Source of the DNA: Campylobacteraceae bacterium | GTDB lineage: Bacteria > Campylobacterota > Campylobacteria > Campylobacterales > JALSKU01 | Reading direction: 5' to 3' | Assembly: GCA_026993075.1 (NCBI GenBank) | Contig: JALWUQ010000039.1 | Coordinates: 521-51,226, forward strand | DNA length: 50,706 nt | Part shown: positions 11,649-22,272 of the stretch, one piece after another | Layout of the letters: the number at the start of each line of letters is the position of its first letter | Numbering within the stretch: the stretch's first letter is position 1 | Made by a program: the position numbers and the translations under genes | The notes under the pieces: generated by a model | Seen by the model: only the letters and a program-made list of their open reading frames with translations | Told to the model about the DNA's origin: nothing | The model's database searches: none

Positions 11649-12457
11649 GATTAAAATCAAAAAATATTTTTAAGATTATCATTGTCATGATGCTGTGTGC
11701 ATTAAGTGCCGAAGCTGTTGATTTGACTCTTACAGGAAGTGTTATGTCAGATAATAGAAAAATAATAACGAGTAGATATATGGGTTTTGTTATAAAAGTT
11801 GGACCAAGTGAAGGAGAAAGTGTAAAAAAAGGTACTCTGCTTTACGAAATCGATTCAAAAGAGATTGATAGTGCAAAGACACAAGTTGAGCTTGCTATTG
11901 AACAGGCAAAGCTGGCTTTGTCTATGTATATAAATCAATATCAAAATGTAAAATTAAATCTTAGCAGATATAAAAGACTTTATAAGCAGGATATGGTTTC
12001 TAAGTATCAGGTTGAAAATCTCCAATTAGCAGCTAAAAATCTAAGAGACTCAGTGAATATTGCTAAAAAACAGGTTGAGCAAGCTCAGGCAAAATTAAAA
12101 GAGGTTGATAATCAATATAAATATCTTAGGATAAAAGCACCAAATAATTCAGTTGTTGTAGCAAGAAACATAAAAGTTGGTGAAATGGCAATGCCTGGCA
12201 TGCCAGCTTACATATTGTCCGATTTAAGTGATTTAAGAATTGTAACGCAAATATCTGAAGATAATTTGAAATATATAAAATTAGGAAAAAAAGTTATGAT
12301 TAATATACCATCTGCTGGATTAAAAGAGGTAGGTACAGTTTCTGCAATTGTACCAAGTTCAAACCCTTTAACTCACTCTTTTCAAATCAAAATAAAATTT
12401 AACAAGAAGAATAAAGAGATATATCCCGGAATGTACGCAACTGTAACAGTGAGGTAA
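11645..12457 (+). CDS. RND efflux periplasmic adaptor (MFP)
   Basis: Lipoyl halves (EGESVKKGTLL; IKAP...VGE) flanking a coiled-coil hairpin; PGMYATV. Confidence 0.9.
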   Translation: MRLKSKNIFKIIIVMMLCALSAEAVDLTLTGSVMSDNRKIITSRYMGFVIKVGPSEGESVKKGTLLYEIDSKEIDSAKTQVELAIEQAKLALSMYINQYQNVKLNLSRYKRLYKQDMVSKYQVENLQLAAKNLRDSVNIAKKQVEQAQAKLKEVDNQYKYLRIKAPNNSVVVARNIKVGEMAMPGMPAYILSDLSDLRIVTQISEDNLKYIKLGKKVMINIPSAGLKEVGTVSAIVPSSNPLTHSFQIKIKFNKKNKEIYPGMYATVTVR

Positions 12458-12459
12458 GC

Positions 12460-14097
12460 ATGGAAAATAAAAATAAAAATAAAGATTTTAAAGTCAATGA
12501 CATTGCCGGCAAACTTGCAAAATATTTTTTGCACAGCCCCTTAACTCCAATATTAGCGGTTTTTATTTTGGCACTTGGATATCTTTCTTTAGTGGTGACT
12601 CCAAGAGAAGAAGATCCTCAAATAAGCATAAGTGGCGGCTCTGTTATTGTTGCCCTGCCGGGTGCAACTCCTAAAGAGATTGAAAATGTTATTGTTAATC
12701 CGCTTGAGAGAAAATTAAAAGAAATTAAGGGAATAGATCATATTTATGGTGTCAGCATGAATAATGTAGGTGTTGTTAATGTAATGTATAAAATAGGTCA
12801 AAACAGGGAAATATCAAATCTTAAACTATATGATAAGGTAATGCAAAATATGGATAAACTTCCAAAAGGTGCAATGCAGCCGTTTGTAAAACCTTTTGAT
12901 ATTGATATAGATATTCCCATTGTTACTATTGCATTTTATCCAAAAGATAAAAAGGTAACAAATACTATTATCTATAAAACCGTAAGAGATATACAGCAAA
13001 GAATGAATGCAATCAAAAATGTTGCCAAAACATCCTTAAAAGGAGTACATAAAGAACAGTATAATATAAAAGTTAATCTCTATAAGCTTAGTGGATATCA
13101 TATTTCATTGGCTCAGATAGCAAATGCCTTAAAATCATTGGCTTATGATGTACCAAATATAAAAGATAGAACAAAAAATGGTAAATTGGTAGTTTTTGGT
13201 ATAAAAAATGCTATTGAAAATGCCAATGATATTAAAAATATAATAATTGCTAAGTATTTGGGCTCTCCTGTATATCTAAGAGATGTGGCAACTGTAAAAC
13301 GAGGTACTAATTTCCAAGACAAGAGAAATGCTGATATTATATTTAGAAAAAAAGATGGTAAATTCAGTAAAAGTATAGATCAAGTTACTTTGACTATTTC
13401 AAAATTGAAAGGAACAAATGCGGTTGTTGTAGCCAAAGCAGTACAAAAAGAGTTAAAAACTTTTCAAAAAACTTTAAATAAGCAAGGAATTGGCTATATA
13501 CTTACTAGAAATTATGGAAAAAGAGCAGATGATGCTGTAAATGAACTTGTTTTTCATCTTTTGATTTCTATAGTGATTATAGCAGTTCTTCTAATATTTG
13601 TACTTGGATGGAGAGAGTCGATAATTGTTACTTTTACGGTTCCAGCTATTTTTGCTATAACCTTGTTTATTGCTTACTTAACGGGTCAGACAATCAATAG
13701 AATAACTCTGTTTGCCTTTTTGTTAAGTCTGGGCTTATTAGTAGATGCAGCAATTATAGTTATAGAAAATATTCATAGACATTTGCACTCACATGACTCA
13801 GTTGATAAAGATTTGGATGAAATTTTGATTGAAGCTACGGATGAAATAGGTCCTCCTACAAATATTGCAACATTTGCTATCATTTTAACAATGATTCCAA
13901 TGGCTTTTGTTGGACAAATGATGGGGCAGTTTATGAAGCCGATACCCGAAAATGTACCTGTTGCTTTAGTGGCATCTTTAGTTATTGCATATATTTTTAC
14001 CCCATACCTTTCAAGGTTACTGCTTAAAAAACCAAAGCTGCATCATCATCACCATCATTTTGACAAAAAGCAAAGTGAAAATGGAGATAAACAATGA
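12460..14097 (+). CDS. RND permease, N-terminal half (TM1-6), with His6 near C-terminus
   Basis: PREEDPQI, PGATPKEIE, LGLLVDAAIIVIENI, GQFMKP; ends after TM6. Confidence 0.9.
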   Translation: MENKNKNKDFKVNDIAGKLAKYFLHSPLTPILAVFILALGYLSLVVTPREEDPQISISGGSVIVALPGATPKEIENVIVNPLERKLKEIKGIDHIYGVSMNNVGVVNVMYKIGQNREISNLKLYDKVMQNMDKLPKGAMQPFVKPFDIDIDIPIVTIAFYPKDKKVTNTIIYKTVRDIQQRMNAIKNVAKTSLKGVHKEQYNIKVNLYKLSGYHISLAQIANALKSLAYDVPNIKDRTKNGKLVVFGIKNAIENANDIKNIIIAKYLGSPVYLRDVATVKRGTNFQDKRNADIIFRKKDGKFSKSIDQVTLTISKLKGTNAVVVAKAVQKELKTFQKTLNKQGIGYILTRNYGKRADDAVNELVFHLLISIVIIAVLLIFVLGWRESIIVTFTVPAIFAITLFIAYLTGQTINRITLFAFLLSLGLLVDAAIIVIENIHRHLHSHDSVDKDLDEILIEATDEIGPPTNIATFAIILTMIPMAFVGQMMGQFMKPIPENVPVALVASLVIAYIFTPYLSRLLLKKPKLHHHHHHFDKKQSENGDKQ

Positions 14098-15767
14098 AAT
14101 TATTTGAAAAATTAATTTATTCTATACTTAGCAGTAAGATTAAAAAAACAGTTGTATTTGTATTGATTTTTGCTTCATTGATAGGGACTATCATGATGCT
14201 TCCGACTAAAATGGTTTTAGCAAAAATGCTGCCTGGAAAAAGTGCAAATACTTACTCCATATATGTAAATACACCAACTGGAAGTTCAGTCGAGCAGACC
14301 AAAAGTATAACACAATGCGTGAGTGGTATTTTAAGACATGAAAAATATATTACAAATATGGAAGTTTATTTAGGCCAGGGTGCACCACTTAACTATGCAG
14401 GACTTGTAAAAGGTTCAGCATTTAAAAGAGGTGAAAATGTTGCAGAGATGGTTATTAACCTGAGTGATAAACATAAAAGAGAGGAAAAATCTTATGACAT
14501 GGTTCATAGATTAAGGCCGGTTATACAAAAAAAATGTCAAAACCTGATACCGGGTACTCATATCAAAATGATTCAGATGCCAGCAGGTCCTCCTACTCTT
14601 GCCTCCATAGTTGTTGAGCTTTACAATCATAATATACACGATGATAGAAAAATGGCAAAAAGAATAGCCAAAGTTTTGAAAAGTACAAAAGGATTGGTTG
14701 ATGTTGATATCATGGAGGATGATATTTATAACAGATTTAGCATAATCATAAATAAAAACAAAGTTTTAAGATCCGGTCTGTCAATAAAACAGATAAATAA
14801 AATACTCTATCTCGCTTTTCAAGGTGTAGAAGTTACAGTTAAAAATAGCCCTGATACACCTGATCAGATCCCTCTTTTTGAAGTTTTAAGCGGAAAGACA
14901 AAGAAACTTAAAAAATTTAGTAAAAACGAATTGCTTGCAAAGCTAAGTTCATTAAAACTTATGAATAAAAGAGGCATGATGATACCTCTTAGTGAAGTAG
15001 TTTCTATAAAAGAGGTAAAAAGTAAACCTAGTATAATGCAAAAAGATTTAAGAAGAATGACAAATATCACTGCTGAGACCGACGAAGTTTCACAAGTTTA
15101 TCCTTTGATTGATGCAAGAGATAAAATAATCAAAGAATTTTCTAAAGATTATTATATCAAAAAAGAGAGTATTGCTAATTTTACACATATGTTTGATTTG
15201 CATTTGACAAATAAAAAAACTGGCGAAAGATTTGATTTGGTTTGGAATGGAGAGATGAAAGTTACACTTGACACTTTTAGAGATTTGGGACTCGCATTTA
15301 TAGCTGCACTTGTTTTGATATTTTTATTATTGGTTGTTTACTATGAAAGTTTTAGAATAAGCGGTATAATCTTATTTGGTAGTTTTTTATCCATTATAGG
15401 TGTAATTTTTGGCCACTGGGTAATGAATCTTTTTACTAGAGATACATTTTATCTAACGGCAACTTCATTAATAGGATTTATTGCCCTTATGGGTATAAGT
15501 TCGAGAAATTCACTTTTACTGATAGATTTTGCAAAATCGTTAATGAAAAAAGGTATCGAAAAAAGAGAGGCTATAGCGGTTGCTACTGCAACAAGAGCAA
15601 AGCCTATCATGCTAACGGCGGCAGCGATTATATTAGCGAGTATTTTACTCGCAGGCGATCCTATATTTGGCGGCTTAGGGGTTGCTCTTATATTTGGTAC
15701 TATTGCAGCGGTTATAGTATCGTTAATATTTGTTCCGATTTTGATGGATAATACAAAAGCAATTTAG
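14094..15767 (+). CDS. RND permease, C-terminal half (TM7-12)
   Basis: Own GGAG RBS and ATGA overlap; [32 protein letters not shown]...LIFVP. Confidence 0.9.
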   Translation: MKLFEKLIYSILSSKIKKTVVFVLIFASLIGTIMMLPTKMVLAKMLPGKSANTYSIYVNTPTGSSVEQTKSITQCVSGILRHEKYITNMEVYLGQGAPLNYAGLVKGSAFKRGENVAEMVINLSDKHKREEKSYDMVHRLRPVIQKKCQNLIPGTHIKMIQMPAGPPTLASIVVELYNHNIHDDRKMAKRIAKVLKSTKGLVDVDIMEDDIYNRFSIIINKNKVLRSGLSIKQINKILYLAFQGVEVTVKNSPDTPDQIPLFEVLSGKTKKLKKFSKNELLAKLSSLKLMNKRGMMIPLSEVVSIKEVKSKPSIMQKDLRRMTNITAETDEVSQVYPLIDARDKIIKEFSKDYYIKKESIANFTHMFDLHLTNKKTGERFDLVWNGEMKVTLDTFRDLGLAFIAALVLIFLLLVVYYESFRISGIILFGSFLSIIGVIFGHWVMNLFTRDTFYLTATSLIGFIALMGISSRNSLLLIDFAKSLMKKGIEKREAIAVATATRAKPIMLTAAAIILASILLAGDPIFGGLGVALIFGTIAAVIVSLIFVPILMDNTKAI

Positions 15768-15775
15768 GAGAAAAA

Positions 15776-16351
15776 ATGGCAACATATTCAATGGGTGATT
15801 TAAGAAAAGGTTTAAAAATAGAATTAAATAATGTACCATATAAAATAGTAGATTATCAACATGTAAAGCCTGGGAAAGGGGCAGCATTTGTAAGAGTAAA
15901 AATGAAATCTTTTGTTAACGGTAAAGTAATTGATAAAACATTTCATGCCGGAGATAAATGCGAATCACCTGATCTTGAAGATAAGACAATGCAATATCTT
16001 TATAATGATGGAGAAATGTTGCATTTTATGGATACAACTACTTATGAGCAGATTGCATTAAGTGAAGATCAAGTAGGTGATGCAAATCAATGGTTGATTG
16101 ATGGGATGAATGTAGATATACTTTTTTATAATGGAAATGCCATTGGTGTTGAAGTAGCTTCAGTAGTGGAGCTTAAGATAGTACAAACTCCACCAAATTT
16201 TAAAGGTGATTCACAAGGTGGTAAGAAGCCAGCCACTCTTGAAAGCGGTGCGGTAGTACAAATACCATATCATATACTTGAGGGTGATACCATAAGAGTG
16301 GATACTACAAAAGGAGAGTATCTAAGTAAAGTTGAGACAAAAGATAAGTAA
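15776..16351 (+). CDS. efp: elongation factor P
   Basis: [24 protein letters not shown]. Confidence 0.98.
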   Translation: MATYSMGDLRKGLKIELNNVPYKIVDYQHVKPGKGAAFVRVKMKSFVNGKVIDKTFHAGDKCESPDLEDKTMQYLYNDGEMLHFMDTTTYEQIALSEDQVGDANQWLIDGMNVDILFYNGNAIGVEVASVVELKIVQTPPNFKGDSQGGKKPATLESGAVVQIPYHILEGDTIRVDTTKGEYLSKVETKDK

Positions 16352-16379
16352 AAGTATAAAATCACTAAAAGGAGAGACC

Positions 16380-16937
16380 ATGGCAAAGGTATTGGTTCCG
16401 TTGGCAAATGGATTTGAAGAGATTGAAGCTATGAGTATTATTGATATTTTAAGTAGAAGCGGGGTTGATGTTGTTGTTGCAGGACTTGAAAAAAGAGAAG
16501 TTGAGGGTGCAAATACCGGTATGAAATTTATAGCTCATACTGTGCTTGATGAAGTTGATGTAAAAAAGCTTGATATGATAGTTTTACCGGGAGGTTTACC
16601 AGGAGCTGAATACTTGGCTAAAAGTGAGAAAGTAAAAAGTATCATTAAAGAACTCTCAGATAAAAATAAACCAATCGGTGCTATTTGTGCAGCACCCTGG
16701 GCATTAAAAGAAGCAGGTATCCTTGAGGGGAAAAAACATACAAACTATCCCGGTTTTGAAAGTCATACGGGAATTAAAGGGTATATCGATACTCAAAAAG
16801 TTGTAAAAGATGGCAATATTATAACTTCAAGAGGTCCCGGTACTGCTATTTGTTTTGCTTTGGAGATTGTAAAAATGCTTCAAGGAGATGATGCATATAA
16901 CCAGTTAAAAGAGGGATTATTGGTTGATTTTTGTTAA
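16380..16937 (+). CDS. DJ-1/YajL/ThiJ family deglycase-glyoxalase
   Basis: GFEEIEA, LPGGLPG, AICAAP, TSRGPGT. Start ATG 16380 after GGAG. Confidence 0.93.
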   Translation: MAKVLVPLANGFEEIEAMSIIDILSRSGVDVVVAGLEKREVEGANTGMKFIAHTVLDEVDVKKLDMIVLPGGLPGAEYLAKSEKVKSIIKELSDKNKPIGAICAAPWALKEAGILEGKKHTNYPGFESHTGIKGYIDTQKVVKDGNIITSRGPGTAICFALEIVKMLQGDDAYNQLKEGLLVDFC

Positions 16938-16977
16938 TTAATTTTTTAGCTAAAGTTTAGAATGAAAATCTTGAATA

Positions 16978-17044
16978 TTTCGTTTTTGCTAATAGGCAAA
17001 GCTTTAACGATGAATTTTCAAAGATTTATATCTTTGAAAAGGAG
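16978..17044 (+). repeat. dispersed intergenic repeat, copy 1 (hairpin + SD of rmuC)
   Basis: TTGCTAATAGGCAAAGCTTTA...TTTTCAAAGAT-TTAT-ATCTTTGAAAA-GGAG; similar copies at 34511-34577 and 50635-50700. Confidence 0.85.
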
Positions 17045-17052
17045 ATTTTAGG

Positions 17053-18720
17053 ATGAATAATATAAATATTGACTATGAAGTTATAACAATAATCTTTATA
17101 GTTATCATTTGCTTTGCTGCTCTTGGTTTTTGGATACGAAATATTTTTAAAATACACCTGAGTGATAAATTAAATGAAGTTGAAAAAGAATTAAATGAAA
17201 AAAAAGAGTTAGTAGCTCAAATACCGTTCTTAAATGACAATATTAAAAATTTAAAATATGAAAAAAACTTATTAAATGATACTCTAAACAGTTTAAAAGA
17301 TAAATTATCTCAAAAAGAAGTTATTATTGCTGAAAATGAAAAAGACAAACAAAGCTACCTATTGAGCATAAATGAAAAAGAAAATACTCTACAAAAACTA
17401 AAAGTTGAAAATCGTGAATTAAATAATAATATAGATATTTTGAAAGATAAAATATCAGATTTTAAAATAGCAGTTGAAAAAACAGATAATAAAAACAGGC
17501 AATTAAATGAACAATTAAGTTATTTTAAAAATGAAATACATGAAATAAAAACTATTAATGATGAGCTAATAAAAGAAAAAAATATACTTATACAAGAAAA
17601 ATCAAAGTTTGAGGCAAATTTACTTTCTTTAAGAGAAAATAATAAAAAACTTCAAGATGATTTTGACAATCAAAGTAAAAAGTTAGAATTAAAACTAAAT
17701 GAAATTATGCAACAAACAATAGATAGCAAAATTAAAAAATTTGATGAAACATCTATGAAGTCGCTTGATAATATTTTAAAGCCGTTTAAAAATAATATAG
17801 ATTCGTTTCAAAGGCAAATTAGAGATTCTCAAGAAAATAGTACAAAAAAATTTGCAGAACTTTCAAAAGAGATTGAAATGGTTGCTAAAGCCGGTATAAA
17901 TATATCAAATGAAGCACAAAATTTAACACAAGCATTAAAAGGGAAAAAACAAGCCCAGGGCAGTTGGGGTGAAATGATACTTGATAGTGTGCTTGAATAT
18001 TCAGGTCTTTTAAAAGGTGTTCATTATGATAAACAAGAGAGTTACAGAGATGAAAAAAAGGAATTAAAAAGGCCTGATGTGATTGTGAAATTGCCGCAAA
18101 ATAGGACTATTATAATAGATTCTAAAGTTTCTTTAAATGATTATGATAATTATATAAAAGCTGAAAGTGATGAGAAAAAAATATTTTATGCAAAAAATAT
18201 TTCAACAGCTTTTAAAAATCATATAGATATACTCAATTCAAAGGATTATGCTCATTACAAAATAGGAACTTTACAATATATCTTTATGTTTGTTCCGATT
18301 GAGGGTGCATTTGCAACGGCTGTTCAAAATGACCCTGGATTGTACGAATATGCCCTTAGAAAACATATAGCCATCGTTACGCCATCAACTCTTACAATTT
18401 CACTTAGAACTATATATCTTTATTGGCAAAGCGAGCAGTCAACTTCTTTGGCGGTAAAGCTATTTGATGAAGCAGGTAAACTTTATGATAAAATGGTTGG
18501 ATTTAGTGATAGTTTTAGAAAGATAGGAAATCAAATCCAAACGCTGCAAAATAGCTTTGAAACAGCAAATACACAGCTTGCTAAAGGTAATGGTAATGTT
18601 TTAAAACGAGTGGAAAATTTAAAAAAATTAGGGGCAAAAACTACAAAATCATTAAAAAATTCAAAAGTAGATTATGAAGATTTTGATGAAGAAAATATAG
18701 AAGTTAAAATGCTTACTTAA
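17053..18720 (+). CDS. rmuC: DNA recombination protein RmuC
   Basis: N-terminal TM and coiled coil; QGSWGEMIL, RPDVIVKLP, IIDSKVSL, MFVPIE. Confidence 0.93.
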   Translation: MNNINIDYEVITIIFIVIICFAALGFWIRNIFKIHLSDKLNEVEKELNEKKELVAQIPFLNDNIKNLKYEKNLLNDTLNSLKDKLSQKEVIIAENEKDKQSYLLSINEKENTLQKLKVENRELNNNIDILKDKISDFKIAVEKTDNKNRQLNEQLSYFKNEIHEIKTINDELIKEKNILIQEKSKFEANLLSLRENNKKLQDDFDNQSKKLELKLNEIMQQTIDSKIKKFDETSMKSLDNILKPFKNNIDSFQRQIRDSQENSTKKFAELSKEIEMVAKAGINISNEAQNLTQALKGKKQAQGSWGEMILDSVLEYSGLLKGVHYDKQESYRDEKKELKRPDVIVKLPQNRTIIIDSKVSLNDYDNYIKAESDEKKIFYAKNISTAFKNHIDILNSKDYAHYKIGTLQYIFMFVPIEGAFATAVQNDPGLYEYALRKHIAIVTPSTLTISLRTIYLYWQSEQSTSLAVKLFDEAGKLYDKMVGFSDSFRKIGNQIQTLQNSFETANTQLAKGNGNVLKRVENLKKLGAKTTKSLKNSKVDYEDFDEENIEVKMLT

Positions 18721-18774
18721 TCGGCTTTTTTATATCATTTTTGTATAATATTGTAAAATATTACAGGGGAAACT

Positions 18775-21700
18775 ATGAGCCAAGTTCAATTCACTCATCT
18801 TCATCTACATACAGAATACTCACTTCTTGATGGTGCAAATAAAATAAAGCTTTTGGCTAAAACATTGAAAAAGCAAGGTGTTAAAAGTGTTGCTATAACT
18901 GATCACGGTAACATGTTTGGTGCACTTGATTTTTATAAAACCATGAATGCTGAAGGTATAAAGCCTATAATTGGAATGGAAGCATATATTCACAACAGTG
19001 AAGATATATCCAATAAAAGCACAAGGCAAAGGTTTCATCTTTGTTTGTTTGCTAAAAATGAGATAGGTTATAAAAACCTTATGTATCTAAGTTCTCAAAG
19101 TTATATTAATGGATTTTATTATTATCCTCGTATCAATAAAAAATTACTTAAAGAGCATAGTGAAGGGCTTATTTGTTCATCTGCTTGTCTTCAAGGCGAG
19201 GTAAACTGGCAATTAAATACAAATAGCGAAAAAAATAAAAAATTTGGCGCAAAGGGTTATGAAAAAGCAAAAGAAATAGCACTTGAATATAAAGAGATAT
19301 TTGGCGATGATTTTTATCTTGAATTAATGAGACATGGTATAAATGATCAATTATATATAGATGAACAAGTTATAAAACTTTCACTTGAGAGTGGTATCAA
19401 GATAATAGCTACAAATGATACTCACTATTTAAGGCAAGAAGAAGCTGATGCGCATGAGGCTTTTATGTGTATAGCTATGAATAAAGAGTTTGATGATCCT
19501 AAAAGACTTAGGCATTCAGTTCATGAGTTTTATCTTAAATCTCCCGAAGAAATGAGTAAACTATTTAGCGATATACCTGAAGCCATAGAAAATACTGCTG
19601 AAATAGTAGAAAAATGTAACTTAAAGCTTCATTTGGGTAATCCGACTCCCCCTAAATTTAAATTTACACAAGAGTATGCAAAAGCAGAGGGTCTTGACTT
19701 TCATAATGATGATGAATATTTTACATATAAGTGCTGGCAAGGATTGCAAGAGAGATTTAAATATGTGCCAAAAAAGGAGCATCAAAGATACAAAGACAGA
19801 CTTAAAGTTGAGATTGATATCATAAATTCTATGAAATTTCCAGGATATATGCTTATAGTTTGGGATTTTATAAGAGAAGCAAAAAAAAGAGGAGTCCCTG
19901 TAGGTCCCGGGCGAGGTTCGGCAGCTGGAAGCTTGGTAGCTTTTTCTCTTTTTATAACTGATATAGATCCTATGAAATACAATCTACTTTTTGAGAGATT
20001 TTTAAACCCTGAAAGAGTAAGTATGCCTGATATTGATGTTGATTTTTGTCAGGCGAGGCGAGGGGAGATCATAAACTATGTTGTTGAAAAATATGGTAGG
20101 TATAATGTAGCTCAAGTTATAACATTTGGTAAACTTTTAGCAAAAGGAGTTATAAGAGATACAGCAAGAGTTCTTGGAATGCCTTACAGTGAAGCTGATA
20201 AAATGGCCAAATTGATTCCTGATGAGCTCGGTATAACACTGGAAAAAGCTTATAAAAAGGAGCCTAAGCTAAAAGAGCTTGTGGAAAATGATTCATCAGC
20301 AGCGAGAGTTTGGAAGTTTGCACTTTCTCTGGAAGGATTAAATAGAAATGCAGGCATGCATGCAGCCGGTGTAGTTCTTAGCAATGAAGAGTTATGGAAT
20401 AAAACTCCTTTATACAAACCATCAGGCGAAGAAACTTTGATAACTCAATATTCATTGAAATATCTTGAAGATGTGGATTTGATAAAATTTGACTTTTTGG
20501 GACTTAAAACTTTAACTGTTATTGATAATGCACTAAAACTCATAAAAAAAAGATATAACAAGGATATAAATTTTTCTACAATAGACATGGATGATGAAAA
20601 GGTTTATAAGCTTATACAAAGTGGTAATACTTTGGGTCTTTTTCAGATAGAATCAAGTGGAATGAAACAGTTGAACGAGCGACTTCAGCCTACTACTTTT
20701 GAAGACATTATAGCTGTTTTAGCACTTTACAGGCCAGGTCCTATGGAGAGTGGGATGCTTGATGATTTTGTTGAAAGAAAGCATGGAAGAGCTCCCATAC
20801 TTTATGCATTTCCTGAACTTGAACCGATACTTAAGCCTACTTACGGTGTCATAGTTTACCAAGAACAAGTTATGCAAATAGTTCAAACCATTGGAGGATT
20901 TTCTCTTGGTGGGGCGGATGTGGTAAGACGGGCGATGGGTAAAAAGATAAAATCTGAAATGGATAGACTAAAAGATGAATTTGCAAATGGCGCAGTTAAA
21001 AAGGGATTTGATAGAAAAAAATCAGAAGAACTTTTTGATTTGATTGTTAAATTTGCAGGATACGGATTTAACAAGTCTCACTCGGCTGCTTATGCTATGA
21101 TAACATTTCAGACGAGCTACTTAAAGGCTTATTTCCCACAAGAGTTTATGGCGGCACTTTTAACAAGCGAACAAGATAATACCGATAAAATTGTTAAATA
21201 TGTAGATGAAGTTAAAAGACTCGGTATAAAACTTTCTCCTCCTGATGTGAAAAAGAGTTTTGTGGAATTTTCAGCTATAAAAGAGGATGGCGAAGAGGTT
21301 GTACTTTTTGGACTTGGTGCTATAAAAGGTGTTGGTAAAACCGCTATAAAAAGTATTATCGAAGCAAGAGAAGAGAAGCAATTTGAAAGCTTGAATGATT
21401 TTATCTCAAGAGTAGATACCGGTAAAGTCAATAAAAAAGTTTTAGAATCTCTCATAAAATCAGGAAGCTTTGACAGTTTTAAATACTCAAGAAGAGCATT
21501 GCTTGATAATATTGAAAATATTGTAAATGCCGGAGCTGAATGTGCAAGAGCTAAAAAAATGGCAGAAAATTCTCTCTTTGGAGACAGTAAAGAGATGGTG
21601 ACTGCAAGATTAGAGATAGAAAATCTTACAGAGTTTAATCCAAGAGATATATTAGATCTTGAAAAAGAGACTATGGGCTTTTACATATCTGGTCATCCAC

Positions 21701-22272
21701 TTGATAGTTACAGAGAAGAGATAGGTAAAATCCCGCATGTACTCTCAAGCGAGATTGATACCATTGCCGATGGTTCTAAAGCTCTGTTTATAGGAAAAGT
21801 TGAAGATGTTACCACTAAGATAAGTAAAAAAGGTAATAAATTCGGTATTTTAAATATTATGGATTTTCATGGCAATATAGAGATTACCGTATTTGAAAAA
21901 ATGTTAAATAAGATTGAAAGTATGGATTTAAATGATCCTATGGCTTTTAAAGTTCAAGTAAATAAAGATGAAAGATTTACAAGAATAAGAGTTTTAAAAC
22001 TTATGAGCCTTGAAGAGTCAAAAAAGGAAAATATACATGTAAAAATAGTAGAAAAACCAAAAGAGCCTATCTTTATAAAAATAAAACTTTCCCATGAGCT
22101 TGATATATTAAATAGGCTTTATAATATAATAAGAAATAATCAAGGAAACAGAGAGTTGAGACTTGTCATTAGTTCAAAAAGGCAAGATGTAATACTAAAT
22201 CTAAGTGACAGGGTTAGTGAATCTATTATAAATGAATTATCAAAAATTACTGAAATTGAAGAGGTCGCTTAG
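18775..22272 (+). CDS. dnaE: DNA polymerase III alpha subunit
   Basis: HLHLHTEYSLLDG, GPGRGSAAGS, ERVSMPDIDVDF, YGFNKSHS. Confidence 0.98.
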   Translation: MSQVQFTHLHLHTEYSLLDGANKIKLLAKTLKKQGVKSVAITDHGNMFGALDFYKTMNAEGIKPIIGMEAYIHNSEDISNKSTRQRFHLCLFAKNEIGYKNLMYLSSQSYINGFYYYPRINKKLLKEHSEGLICSSACLQGEVNWQLNTNSEKNKKFGAKGYEKAKEIALEYKEIFGDDFYLELMRHGINDQLYIDEQVIKLSLESGIKIIATNDTHYLRQEEADAHEAFMCIAMNKEFDDPKRLRHSVHEFYLKSPEEMSKLFSDIPEAIENTAEIVEKCNLKLHLGNPTPPKFKFTQEYAKAEGLDFHNDDEYFTYKCWQGLQERFKYVPKKEHQRYKDRLKVEIDIINSMKFPGYMLIVWDFIREAKKRGVPVGPGRGSAAGSLVAFSLFITDIDPMKYNLLFERFLNPERVSMPDIDVDFCQARRGEIINYVVEKYGRYNVAQVITFGKLLAKGVIRDTARVLGMPYSEADKMAKLIPDELGITLEKAYKKEPKLKELVENDSSAARVWKFALSLEGLNRNAGMHAAGVVLSNEELWNKTPLYKPSGEETLITQYSLKYLEDVDLIKFDFLGLKTLTVIDNALKLIKKRYNKDINFSTIDMDDEKVYKLIQSGNTLGLFQIESSGMKQLNERLQPTTFEDIIAVLALYRPGPMESGMLDDFVERKHGRAPILYAFPELEPILKPTYGVIVYQEQVMQIVQTIGGFSLGGADVVRRAMGKKIKSEMDRLKDEFANGAVKKGFDRKKSEELFDLIVKFAGYGFNKSHSAAYAMITFQTSYLKAYFPQEFMAALLTSEQDNTDKIVKYVDEVKRLGIKLSPPDVKKSFVEFSAIKEDGEEVVLFGLGAIKGVGKTAIKSIIEAREEKQFESLNDFISRVDTGKVNKKVLESLIKSGSFDSFKYSRRALLDNIENIVNAGAECARAKKMAENSLFGDSKEMVTARLEIENLTEFNPRDILDLEKETMGFYISGHPLDSYREEIGKIPHVLSSEIDTIADGSKALFIGKVEDVTTKISKKGNKFGILNIMDFHGNIEITVFEKMLNKIESMDLNDPMAFKVQVNKDERFTRIRVLKLMSLEESKKENIHVKIVEKPKEPIFIKIKLSHELDILNRLYNIIRNNQGNRELRLVISSKRQDVILNLSDRVSESIINELSKITEIEEVA

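Noticed and set aside
16986-17044. Dispersed repeat as a c-di-GMP-I riboswitch (GGCAAA/GCAAAGC words)
   Set aside because: It lacks the GNRA tetraloop/receptor two-stem arrangement and is too short.
18775-22272. Intein in DnaE
   Set aside because: Normal length and uninterrupted motifs.
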